A stretch of DNA of 64,000 nt from Methanocellales archaeon (GCA_030610945.1 JAUWQV010000001.1:124246-188245); one strand, 5' to 3'; shown: positions 41,596-50,222, counted from the stretch's first letter. The notes: a model not told the origin generated them from the sequence alone. Translations and numbers: made by a program.

Positions 41596-41912
41596 TTTTT
41601 AATCCTCTTCAGATCTTTTTCAAGTTCTTGCAGGTCGTAGTTTATGGTCATCCCCTTTGAGGATAAAATTTCAATCATTTCCCACAGGTTACGTTCTGCT
41701 ATCTCTGCTGCTTTCCACAGGGAGACTTTGCCTTCTTTGTATAGGTCCAATGCATGATCAACCTTGTATTCCTGCAAGGCTTTGTGAATGAGTTTTCTGA
41801 TAAAGGTTGCCTTGTCTAGGTGCTCTTTTTTTGTGAACTCTTCTATTTCTTTCACGTCCTCAGGGAAGAGGCGCGTGGATACGGTTATAGCCTTGGTCGC
41901 CATTTTTATCAC
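41589..41912 (-). CDS. UPF0175 antitoxin
   Basis: LYKEGKVSLWKAAEIA. Confidence 0.88.
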   Translation of the reverse strand: MIKMATKAITVSTRLFPEDVKEIEEFTKKEHLDKATFIRKLIHKALQEYKVDHALDLYKEGKVSLWKAAEIAERNLWEMIEILSSKGMTINYDLQELEKDLKRIKKC

Positions 41913-42131
41913 GTCTGCATTTTAATTAAATGTAAACATCTTATTTAAGACTTTTGATAAGAGAGATTTGGAAAAATTCTGCAAAACATATTTTTATTCC
42001 CAAGATTCTCGCTCGTTCTGAGACTCCTCCCAGAGATCGTAAAATTTTTGGGAATTCACCATAAAAGCACGGTTAGATTGTTTCCAACAGACAAACATAG
42101 ATTAGAAGTTGAGGTTTTAGAGTAGTCAATA

Positions 42132-42632
42132 CTACCGTCCAAGTTCATGTAGGATGCCAAGTAGGACCAAGAAATTAGGATCGCCAGACTTGAACAGCTT
42201 TTTTAACATGTCCTCTGCCTCATCACTGGTTACAAGATGTTTCTTTAACCCCCATAATGGGAGATAACAAACAGAAACACACCTAAGCCCGACCTTTGAT
42301 GCTGTGCTAATTGCGAGTTTATCGTCCAATAAAACCTCTGGTAAATCCAACTGAAGTGCCAGCGCAATGGCTGCACACTCCCCCCTCCCCAACCGTTCCC
42401 TTCTAAGAAATGATCTAAAGTACCTCATTCCGATGTCGTTCAGCTCTTTTCTCTCGATAAACTCCTCTTGTTCCAAAAGATGTATTCGCTGAACGTGTCT
42501 TTTCGGCTTTTTATGTTCGTCAAAAACCTCGGTCGGAACATAAATTTTCGAGTATCTCTTCTTTGCGAGCGATATCAGACGTTCGTCTTTAGGCAAATCG
42601 ATGATCATAGATGCGTCGGCGGAGGCTTTCAT
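42132..42632 (-). CDS. DUF3368-like PIN toxin
   Basis: ADASMII, LGRGECAAIALA, LLDD. Confidence 0.8.
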   Translation of the reverse strand: MKASADASMIIDLPKDERLISLAKKRYSKIYVPTEVFDEHKKPKRHVQRIHLLEQEEFIERKELNDIGMRYFRSFLRRERLGRGECAAIALALQLDLPEVLLDDKLAISTASKVGLRCVSVCYLPLWGLKKHLVTSDEAEDMLKKLFKSGDPNFLVLLGILHELGR

Positions 42633-42634
42633 TC

Positions 42635-42952
42635 CTAAACCTCGACGTCAAACTCCTCAAGAAGTAACTTCTTTATGTTTCCGACATCTATTTTTCTGGA
42701 TACTTTTTTGCTTTCGAGAAAATCGATGAAATCCAGTAGCGGTAACTTTGCGAGCTCTGCTGCTTTCTGGATAGATACGTCTCCTTTGTTATACAACTCC
42801 AATGCCAGTTCTTTTCTTTTCTCCTCGATTCCCATCTCGAAGATTTCTCTGATAACCATTGATTTGCCCTTTCTCTCCAATTTCCCCAGCTCATCAAGCT
42901 CTACCACAAAGTTTTTGTGGACCCTAAAGCCGACATACTCGGTTTTCGCCAT
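42635..42952 (-). CDS. UPF0175 antitoxin
   Basis: LYNKGDVSIQKAAELA. Confidence 0.85.
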   Translation of the reverse strand: MAKTEYVGFRVHKNFVVELDELGKLERKGKSMVIREIFEMGIEEKRKELALELYNKGDVSIQKAAELAKLPLLDFIDFLESKKVSRKIDVGNIKKLLLEEFDVEV

Positions 42953-43016
42953 TCAAATCACATGAAAACATTGTTGTCATATAATTTAAAGCTATCGCCA
43001 AAACTGTGATCCACTT

Positions 43017-43337
43017 CTAAAACAATTTCGAAAAATCGTTGTAAACATTTTTTCTATATCCAACAAACAGGATGACTACTCGCTGATTTTCCTTATCTAC
43101 TTCATAAATTGCCCTGTAATCGCCTATCCTCAGGACACAAAAGTTAGAGTATTTTAAATGTTTGCCCTTTTCGCCTGGAAACTCTTCGAGTTCCTTAATT
43201 TTGTTTTTTATCCTCTCTCTTGTTTGCTTGTCCAGTTTTTCTAAAAATTCTTTTGCTTTTGGATGTTGAAACGCCAAAGGCGTTACAACTCTCCCAGATG
43301 TTCCATCTGGGATATGAAGGAGGACCCCGAACTTCAT
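43017..43337 (-). CDS. relE: RelE/ParE toxin carrying a 17-aa in-frame insertion
   Basis: HPKAKEFL, LRIGDYRAIY, VGYRKNVY; insertion IPDGTSGRVVTPLAFQH. Confidence 0.88.
   Translation of the reverse strand: MKFGVLLHIPDGTSGRVVTPLAFQHPKAKEFLEKLDKQTRERIKNKIKELEEFPGEKGKHLKYSNFCVLRIGDYRAIYEVDKENQRVVILFVGYRKNVYNDFSKLF
43263..43315. mobile_element. Double-hairpin mini-element, copy 2 (49 bp core flanked by AT)
   Basis: AT-GTTGAAACGCCAAAGGCGTTACAAC-TC-TCCCAGATGTTCCATCTGGGAT-AT. Confidence 0.8.
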
Positions 43338-43565
43338 TTAAAGTTCCTCTAATGGAGCGAGAATTTCCGGTTTTTCTCTTGCTTCTTCACTTCTTTCTAC
43401 AAGCATCTTGTAAAACTGGCGGGTCCTTTCTCTCTCCTCATAGAGGGTTATTATGGTTTTGATGGCGTCACTTCTGCTTTTAAATTTGCCTTCGGCAACC
43501 CACCGATCTATTTCCTTAACGGTTTCATCCGGAACTCTTAATTGGACCTGGACCATTGTCCTCAC
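43338..43565 (-). CDS. Ribbon-helix-helix antitoxin
   Basis: VQLRVP...ID.WV.EG.FKSRSDAI. Confidence 0.88.
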   Translation of the reverse strand: MRTMVQVQLRVPDETVKEIDRWVAEGKFKSRSDAIKTIITLYEERERTRQFYKMLVERSEEAREKPEILAPLEEL

Positions 43566-43566
43566 C

Positions 43567-43586
43567 TGTAAACATTATTGTTTACA
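43567..43586. promoter_or_regulatory. Inverted repeat operator of the RHH-RelE operon
   Basis: TGTAAACA-ttat-TGTTTACA directly upstream of the antitoxin gene. Confidence 0.65.
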
Positions 43587-43679
43587 AATTACTTAAATAC
43601 TTCGTCCCCCCTTTTGTTTTACTTTTATAATCGTAAAGTATTTAAATACGTAGTACTATTTAAAAAAGTGGGAGGAATA

Positions 43680-43916
43680 ATGGAGACAGCAAAGGTGAGC
43701 ACTAAATATCAGATAGTCGTGCCAAAAAAGGTTAGAGACATGATGGGCATAGAAAAAGAGGACATTTTGCTCTTTAAGATAGAGGATAGTGGGGTTAAAC
43801 TGGAAAAGTTTGATGAACTGCTGAAAAAGCATGTTGGAACGGTTAAACTGAAGAAGGGGTTCAAGGTTCTGAGAAGAGAGTTCAATGAAGAAATGGCACA
43901 AGAGGCGGTAAAGTGA
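43680..43916 (+). CDS. AbrB/MazE antitoxin
   Basis: METAKVSTKYQIVVPK; SD GGAGG. Confidence 0.88.
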   Translation: METAKVSTKYQIVVPKKVRDMMGIEKEDILLFKIEDSGVKLEKFDELLKKHVGTVKLKKGFKVLRREFNEEMAQEAVK

Positions 43917-44311
43917 AGGTCTTGATAGACACATCAATTTTCATGTCTATATTTGCCAGGGATGTACATACTGCTAAGTCGGTCAAGCTCTTCAAAGATG
44001 TCCTTGAGAAACACGAAGGCTTTTTCTGCAGCATGACCATAAACGAGTTGATATGGGTGTTAAAAAAGTCAGATTATGATGCCAAGTTTATCCGTGAAAA
44101 GATAGAGTTCATCTTCTCTTCTCCACTAAAATTTCTCGCTACCGATGAAGGCATTTTCATTGTCTCGGTTGAACAAATGGAAAAATACGGACTATCATAC
44201 GGCGATAGTCAGATAATTACTCAAGCAATCGTTAACGGTCTAGACGGCATAGCCAGCTTTGACAAGGATTTTGATATGGTTAAAGAGATGCCCAGAATTG
44301 AGACGATTTAG
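43913..44311 (+). CDS. vapC: VapC PIN toxin
   Basis: IDTSIF, NE, GDS, SFDKDFD. Confidence 0.9.
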   Translation: MKVLIDTSIFMSIFARDVHTAKSVKLFKDVLEKHEGFFCSMTINELIWVLKKSDYDAKFIREKIEFIFSSPLKFLATDEGIFIVSVEQMEKYGLSYGDSQIITQAIVNGLDGIASFDKDFDMVKEMPRIETI

Positions 44312-44387
44312 TCGCAAATTCATATCGTTAACTTTTGTAGGTTATCGCTTAAACGAAGTATATACAATCGTTCATAAAATGTAGACT

Positions 44388-44603
44388 TTAAATTTTTTTA
44401 TCAAGTAATTCTAACAATTGCCACGCTCGTATTATTTTTATATGTTCAAATTCTTCCAGATCGAGGAGATGCCTATCACCGGAGATGATATAATCGGCAT
44501 CTGCTTCGATAGCACCAGCTTCTGCTCTTCTTATTATTTCAGATTCATTACCATCCCAAAAAGTCGCAGAAATCAGAACATTAGTATCGAGGATGGTCTT
44601 CAT
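44388..44603 (-). pseudogene. PIN_3-type toxin with large in-frame internal deletion
   Basis: N-terminal LDTNVLISA fused directly to C-terminal ADYIISGDRHLL; the central part is absent. Confidence 0.75.
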
Positions 44604-44607
44604 CCCT

Positions 44608-44871
44608 CTACCTCTTTTTTCTGACTTCGTGGATCATTGTATCTACATCGTCCCTTGATATCCCCAGTTCCTTGGCCCTCTTTCTTATCGGTTTTACAAT
44701 TTCATCGAAAGTCCTTTCTATTACCGTTCTTTCTATCTTTTTAAAAATCACAGTGTTGTCTTTGCCGAAAACAAAGAACTGATCCCCGCTTCGGATCCCG
44801 AGCTCGCGTCTGATAGCGCCCGGAATCACCACTTGACCTTTTGGAGAGATTTTAGTCGTTTTGACTTCCAT
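44608..44871 (-). CDS. AbrB/MazE antitoxin
   Basis: KISPKGQVVIP..IR..LGI..GD. Confidence 0.88.
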   Translation of the reverse strand: MEVKTTKISPKGQVVIPGAIRRELGIRSGDQFFVFGKDNTVIFKKIERTVIERTFDEIVKPIRKRAKELGISRDDVDTMIHEVRKKR

Positions 44872-44936
44872 GGTATCACCATGTAAAATATGTTTTACTT
44901 ATTCTTAAGACTTATGGATGAAAAACAGTAATATAT

Positions 44937-45158
44937 TCACAGCTCGCCAAGCAAATCTTCAACAGAAGTAATTTCCCTAACCCGACCTACTTTAATATCC
45001 CGGTCGCTTTTACGGAGTGCTTCCATCGTTTTCGGATTAGTGATAATTTCAACTGAATCAATGAGTGCTTCGATGTCTTCTCGCGTAGCCATCTTCTCTT
45101 CCATCCTCTTTAGCTCTTGATATAATATATGATATATATCTTCAATTGTAACGGTCAT
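44937..45158 (-). CDS. Orphan antitoxin, paralog of 46024-46239
   Basis: Near-identical to 46024-46239 (REDIEALIDSVEI..NPKTMEALRKSDRD). Confidence 0.75.
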   Translation of the reverse strand: MTVTIEDIYHILYQELKRMEEKMATREDIEALIDSVEIITNPKTMEALRKSDRDIKVGRVREITSVEDLLGEL

Positions 45159-45312
45159 GTTCTTTCATCAGATTCATGTCCATAATAAGCATTTCGATTT
45201 GCATAATAAGTTCCTGGCGGCGTTGGTCCAAACCAAAAAGTTATAAATCAGTTAGACATTTATGCAAGCAAGCTTCTGACAGGTCGGATTTAATACTAAT
45301 GAGGATCAACAC

Positions 45313-45612
45313 ATGCTTGACTACATCAGAAATTTGATCAAACGTAGGGACTACGTAGTTAAATTACATACAAGAAAACGGATGATAGAAAGAAAGATTA
45401 AGATAGGTGAAGTTAAAGAGGCTATAGCAAACGGCGAGATAATAGAAGAATATCTTGACGACAAGCCGTTGCCAAGTTATCTGATATATGGGAAAACGCT
45501 AAAGGACCGGCCGATTCATGTTGTGGTCGGTGTCGATGAAGACGTAATCGCAATAATAACAGTATATGAACCAGAGTCCGAAAAATGGATTGGTTATAAG
45601 AGGAGGAGATGA
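45313..45612 (+). CDS. DUF4258 family putative toxin
   Basis: H.RKRM.ER, GEIIEEY.DD.P.PS.LI.G, RPIHVV, ITVYEP..W. Confidence 0.88.
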   Translation: MLDYIRNLIKRRDYVVKLHTRKRMIERKIKIGEVKEAIANGEIIEEYLDDKPLPSYLIYGKTLKDRPIHVVVGVDEDVIAIITVYEPESEKWIGYKRRR

Positions 45613-45863
45613 AAATGCCCAGACTGAAAATTTGTCCAGATTGCGGGGGGAAAATGCAGAAGGGGAGGACAAAATTCATAACAGAATCTGATGAAGTTTT
45701 GATAGCAATAGAAAATCTGCCAGCTGATATTTGCATCCAGTGTGGTGCAGAATATCTTTCAGCAGATGTCGATGAGTACATCGAAACGGTTGTTGATAAG
45801 GTGGTTGCAAAGAAGATCAAGCCACATCGAGAATTGGTCTACCGAGCTGTGGTCAGTGCATAA
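45609..45863 (+). CDS. YgiT-type (MqsA-like) Zn finger antitoxin
   Basis: CPDCGG...NLPADICIQCG.EY. Confidence 0.85.
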   Translation: MKMPRLKICPDCGGKMQKGRTKFITESDEVLIAIENLPADICIQCGAEYLSADVDEYIETVVDKVVAKKIKPHRELVYRAVVSA

Positions 45864-46027
45864 CGCAGTAACTCACCGGAAAGCCAGCCACCTTTACATG
45901 CAATGGGTCTTTCTGTAAACCGTTTGATTTTCTTGTCAAGTTCCTCAAGGGCTTTCTTATTCTTTCTGATGATTTTGAGGGACTCAAGAAAAGTATCTGT
46001 TCGCTTGACTGTCCAAGTCATGTTCAC
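45839..46027 (-). pseudogene. Truncated RelE/YafQ-like toxin
   Basis: MTWTVKRTDTFLESLK...GGWLSGEL, then runs into the antisense of the YgiT gene; C-terminal catalytic half missing. Confidence 0.65.
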
Positions 46028-46239
46028 AGCTCGTCAAGCAAATCTTTAACAGAAGTAACTTCCCTAACCCGACCTGCTTTAACATCCCGGTCGCTTTTAC
46101 GGAGTGCTTCCATCGTTTTTGGATTGCTAAGAATTTCAACTGAGTCAATGAGTGCTTCGATGTCTTCTCGCGTAACCATCTTCTCTTCCATCCTCTTTAG
46201 CCCTTGGTATACGTCTTCAATTGTAACTAAACCAGTCAT
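46024..46239 (-). CDS. Antitoxin (RelB-like) upstream of the truncated toxin
   Basis: Overlaps the toxin start; acidic C-terminus SVKDLLDEL. Confidence 0.75.
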   Translation of the reverse strand: MTGLVTIEDVYQGLKRMEEKMVTREDIEALIDSVEILSNPKTMEALRKSDRDVKAGRVREVTSVKDLLDEL

Positions 46240-46379
46240 ATTCTTTCATTTAGATTCGTGCCCATATAATCATTTCGACCCACATATTAGTAATCTTGGG
46301 TATTAACAACGCACGATATATGCCTAGTGCTGATTCCTTGTCAGTCTTTTTTACTTGTAACATAAAAAAGCCAAAAAGG

Positions 46380-46414
46380 ATAAAAAATAGAGAAGAAGGG
46401 GATTAGCCCCTTCT
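46380..46414 (-). terminator. Hairpin + U-tract terminator of the second PGF-CTERM gene
   Basis: AGAAGGGG-attag-CCCCTTCT followed by TTTTTT on the minus strand. Confidence 0.65.
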
Positions 46415-46434
46415 TAGCCATATTTTCAGCTTAT

Positions 46435-46550
46435 TTTCACTCTTCGCGTCTGAGTACCAGATATGCGACTGCAAGCAATCCTGCGATTGCGAACACAGCC
46501 TCAAAGCCCGGCGTCGGTGGTGTTACCGTTGGTGTTACCGTTGGTGTTAC
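46435..46550. repeat. 116-bp exact repeat (PT linker + PGF-CTERM); second copy 47852-47967
   Basis: Base-by-base identity between the two gene ends. Confidence 0.9.
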
Positions 46551-47645
46551 TGTTGGTGTCACGGTCGGCGTTACCGTGGGCGTCACGGTTGGTGTTGCTG
46601 TTGGTGTTGATGTCGGAGTCGGCGTTGCTCGTGCATATAATCGGTCCACTGTTATCGATGCTGTTGTCGAATGCCCCGCTTCATCGGTTGCCACGACCGT
46701 GAAGACATTGTTTCCAAATGATAATGACACGACTTGACTATAGGGTGTTGCTGGTGTTATTGATACCCCATTAAATGTAAGTGTGGAAAGGTTGGTTTCA
46801 GTCACAGTTCCAGAGATCGTCGTTGTGCTATGATATGTGCGTGTGCCTTCTGAACTCGAGACGGTTACTGTTGGTGCTGTGTTGTCCACAGTAACGGTAA
46901 CTGTGTAGTTAGTCCCTGTATTCCCTGCATTATCCGTTGCATTTACCCCAAGAGCATATGTTCCTGCTACACTGGGAACTGTGTAATCTCCTTCCCAGCC
47001 TCCGTCGGTGGCTGTTCCGCTGGTCATTTCCAGAGCAGTTCCGTTCACGTCCACTGACGCTGTGCCGTTTGCATCTGTAACGTTCACAATTATATGAATT
47101 GGAGCTCCACCTTGAACTATCGAGTCGTTTATGGTCACGAGACTTACCACCGGTGCTGTGTTTTCGATTACGAGCACATTAAATGATTTAGGGGAGATTG
47201 CAGTCGTGTTATCAGTCGCGTACACGGTCCAGGTGTAAGTGGTGTTGATGGTATGCGTTTTGGCTGTCGCATTAAATCCAAAAGCTACTATGTCTGTGGG
47301 GTTAAAAACTTCTGGGCTAAAAGTCCATGAAAGATTGGTCGTATCGTTACTGAAGTCCGTAGTGATATTACACCAGTCCGTTCCACTGTCGAACGTAAAT
47401 CCCGATATATTATAGCTGATGTTTACCTCAGTTATGTATTCCGCAGCACTGCCACCGTTTAACACCGTGATGTTGAACGTTTCAGATACCCCGCCTTTCA
47501 CGTCAAGATCGCTGCCCGTCGTGGTGTTGGTCACTGTGATGTCAACGGCATTCACAGGCATCACGAACACAGCAAAAACTAAAAGCACCAGCACTGCCGT
47601 CAATACTATGGTAGGAGGCTTCCTATTTGTATTACCTATCTTCAT
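46437..47645 (-). CDS. Secreted PGF-CTERM surface glycoprotein with Ig-like domains
   Basis: Signal peptide, many N-x-S/T sequons, VDNTAP Ig-like motifs, PT linker, TPGFEAVFAIAGLLAVAYLVLRREE. Confidence 0.88.
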   Translation of the reverse strand: MKIGNTNRKPPTIVLTAVLVLLVFAVFVMPVNAVDITVTNTTTGSDLDVKGGVSETFNITVLNGGSAAEYITEVNISYNISGFTFDSGTDWCNITTDFSNDTTNLSWTFSPEVFNPTDIVAFGFNATAKTHTINTTYTWTVYATDNTTAISPKSFNVLVIENTAPVVSLVTINDSIVQGGAPIHIIVNVTDANGTASVDVNGTALEMTSGTATDGGWEGDYTVPSVAGTYALGVNATDNAGNTGTNYTVTVTVDNTAPTVTVSSSEGTRTYHSTTTISGTVTETNLSTLTFNGVSITPATPYSQVVSLSFGNNVFTVVATDEAGHSTTASITVDRLYARATPTPTSTPTATPTVTPTVTPTVTPTVTPTVTPTVTPPTPGFEAVFAIAGLLAVAYLVLRREE

Positions 47646-47792
47646 CTGACCCCCCCCCTAAGGGGTTTCATAATTTTTGTCCTGCTGAGTATTTCAGTTG
47701 CAATCATACAAATACTATTCGGAAAAACGCCCACAACATCAACAAAAATCAGGAACAGGAGAGTCGAGAGAATCCTCTCTTCCTCAAAGATA

Positions 47793-47828
47793 ATAAAAAA
47801 TATAGAAAGAAGGGATTTTCATCCCTTC
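47793..47828 (-). terminator. Hairpin + U-tract terminator of the S-layer gene
   Basis: GAAGGGAT-tttc-ATCCCTTC followed by a T-run on the minus strand. Confidence 0.65.
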
Positions 47829-47853
47829 CTTATTTTAGTTGTTTACGTTCCTT

Positions 47854-49920
47854 TCACTCTTCGCGTCTGAGTACCAGATATGCGACTGCAAGCAATCCTG
47901 CGATTGCGAACACAGCCTCAAAGCCCGGCGTCGGTGGTGTTACCGTTGGTGTTACCGTTGGTGTTACCGTTGGTGTTACTGTTGGTGTTACTGTTGGTGT
48001 TGGTATTGGTGCCGATGCAAGGACGTTGAAGGTTGCTGTCTCCTTCGTACCGTCGGCGTTGACCTCAACATCCCATTTGCCCAGGGTGTAGTCAGTCGTG
48101 TCGAACTCGGCTGTCACTGCACCATCTGCGACCTTCGTGGTCACGATAGCAAGCGAGGCATCTGGCCCTGTCAGCGTGACAGTTGCGAGTTTGCCGTCCT
48201 TCCTGTTCGTCGTGGCTTCGATTATCAGCGTAGCACCTGCTCCTACATCAGCGGTGGGTGATATTGTCACCTTGTCGTCCTCGACCTTGAACTCCGTGGT
48301 CGCGGTCATGTCGTCGCTACCGGGCATCTCAGTCGTGTAGTAGTTGAACGTGTCCTTGATTTGTGACAGTGTCAGGCCCGAGTAGGTGCCGGAGTAAGAT
48401 GCTTTAACATCTGCAAGAGCTGCATTTCTGCCTGGATGTATGACGAACACGGTGTATGTGCCCTTGGTCAACATAGTTGAGAATGGTTTCTTCGTGAACG
48501 TCCAGTCATCTGAGTTGACAGAGACCGAGCCATTCCACGAACAAGCACCATTGTCGTTCCTGAATGCCAGCATGTAGATAGTTGTGGCACCATTCGCGAC
48601 ACCTGTAACCTCCATGGTCGTGGTGTCGGTCTTGGCCATAACGTCAGGTGCGGTCACGGCTACGTCGCCTTCTATCAGCAGTATCGATGTGGCTGCATCT
48701 GCTGATACACCTGTATTAGACGTCAGGTTACCATTGTGTGCATATATGTCAACTCTGTAGGTGCCTGGCAGCATGGTTGCCGTGTCCCACTTGTACTCGT
48801 ACACGTCGGAACTGTCCTTGGCGTCGTATGCCCAGATCTTGTAGGCATCAGCACTGTCTTTGATTGTGACGGTTGCACCCTCATAGCCCGTCACGGTACC
48901 GGTGATTGTCACCTTTGTGCCGATTGTGGCTATTGTCGGTGCGTCTACAGATACCACAGCATCGGATACGGAAACATCAACTGTTGCGGTTTTTGTAGTT
49001 GTAGTGTCCCTTACCTTCACGGTGTACGTGCCTGTGTCGTTGAATGTCATCGTCAACTTGAACGTGCTGTCAGATTTTATCGTGATGGTCGCGTTGTTGT
49101 TATCGCCTGCCGATAGTGCTGTGCCAATGTCGTTAAAGCTGAGTACGATGGTGTTCTTGTCCACAGGTGTCGTGGTTACATAAACGGTGTCACCTGCAGG
49201 TGCAGTGATTGTGAGCGTCGTTTTCTCACCCTTGACCACTGAGGTCTTGCTTGCACTTATCGCTATGTCTGCACTCTCTATCGCCAGCGATAAGGTGTTG
49301 GACTTCATGTCCAATCCCTCTGCTGCACTGGTGTTGGTCTTTACCTGCACCGTGTACGTGCCTGCCTTGAACCCGGTTGTGTTTAAACAGAAGGTCTTGA
49401 TGAGTGACATCGTTACATTCTTCAGAGCCTGAGTGTCTCCATCAGTCCCCAGTATGTTGCCATCTGGGTCCTTGACCTCTATGTTGGCTGCGTCGCCGTT
49501 AGGTATGTTCGTACTTACATCAAGTGTGAGATTCGTGCCCGCTGTCGTGCTGGATACCGAGGTGGTGCCGTACTTTAGATCAATGGTTAGAATCGGAGCA
49601 CTTACGGACATATCCGCAGCTCCAGTAGCATTACCACTGCAGTTGTATGTACCTGCCGAAAGTATGCTGGAGTCGTAATCAGCGCTGGTTAGACTGAAAG
49701 TTAACCCCTTTATCGAGTCTGGAGTTAACCCTATGATTGTAGTCGCAGATTCATTGTTGTCAAAGTTTAATTGCTGGCCAATTAGCACATTGTTGGTGCC
49801 GCCAACGGTTATGTCGTTTTTGTCTCCGCCTGCTGCCGCACTCACTGGCGTCACAAACGCTCCAAAGAATGTCAGAATCATTAGTGTCGCTAGAAATGTA
49901 GCTGTAATTTTGTTCTTCAT
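47854..49920 (-). CDS. Major S-layer-like glycoprotein with PGF-CTERM
   Basis: Signal peptide, T/S/D-rich beta domains, HPGRN and GSDD motifs seen in methanomicrobial S-layer proteins, PT linker, PGF-CTERM; strong SD AGGAGGT. Confidence 0.85.
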   Translation of the reverse strand: MKNKITATFLATLMILTFFGAFVTPVSAAAGGDKNDITVGGTNNVLIGQQLNFDNNESATTIIGLTPDSIKGLTFSLTSADYDSSILSAGTYNCSGNATGAADMSVSAPILTIDLKYGTTSVSSTTAGTNLTLDVSTNIPNGDAANIEVKDPDGNILGTDGDTQALKNVTMSLIKTFCLNTTGFKAGTYTVQVKTNTSAAEGLDMKSNTLSLAIESADIAISASKTSVVKGEKTTLTITAPAGDTVYVTTTPVDKNTIVLSFNDIGTALSAGDNNNATITIKSDSTFKLTMTFNDTGTYTVKVRDTTTTKTATVDVSVSDAVVSVDAPTIATIGTKVTITGTVTGYEGATVTIKDSADAYKIWAYDAKDSSDVYEYKWDTATMLPGTYRVDIYAHNGNLTSNTGVSADAATSILLIEGDVAVTAPDVMAKTDTTTMEVTGVANGATTIYMLAFRNDNGACSWNGSVSVNSDDWTFTKKPFSTMLTKGTYTVFVIHPGRNAALADVKASYSGTYSGLTLSQIKDTFNYYTTEMPGSDDMTATTEFKVEDDKVTISPTADVGAGATLIIEATTNRKDGKLATVTLTGPDASLAIVTTKVADGAVTAEFDTTDYTLGKWDVEVNADGTKETATFNVLASAPIPTPTVTPTVTPTVTPTVTPTVTPPTPGFEAVFAIAGLLAVAYLVLRREE

Positions 49921-50156
49921 TATTTATTTAACCTCCTTTAGTTTATTTCTTGGCCCCACATGGGACCTTTTCTTGAAGAGTGATGTGCTATCTCTTATAT
50001 AGACTTTTGCTTGCCCATTCCCATTCGGAAATGGGACAATCGCAAAGACATCATTGTCGTTTCTAAATCGCCTAAACTTTTAGACAATTGTCGAAACGGT
50101 CCTCACCCTCCTAATCCCGTCATTTTGGGTTATGAAATAACATTAGACCTATTCCC

Positions 50157-50222
50157 TTTTAAAGCTTTTGTGGTTCTTTTGGATTATTGCCACGTTTTTC
50201 TGATTTTCTAAAAATTGTCGAT
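50157..50222. repeat. ~60-bp direct repeat R1 (other copies 52340-52409, 53236-53294)
   Basis: Shared TTTAAA-N-CTTTTGTGGTT...TCTGATTTTCTAAAAATYGTCGAT. Confidence 0.85.

Noticed and set aside
41285..43315. GTTGAAAC ends resembling CRISPR repeat termini
   Set aside because: Only two copies, 2 kb apart and inside genes, with no regular spacers and no cas genes.
47744..47759. AAAATCAGGAACAGG as an inverted partial copy of repeat R3
   Set aside because: Only about 15 nt with a gap; chance cannot be excluded, so no invertible segment is claimed.
47839..48261. ORF with WCYR/WCYC repeats
   Set aside because: Antisense reading of the PTVT linker repeat of the S-layer gene.
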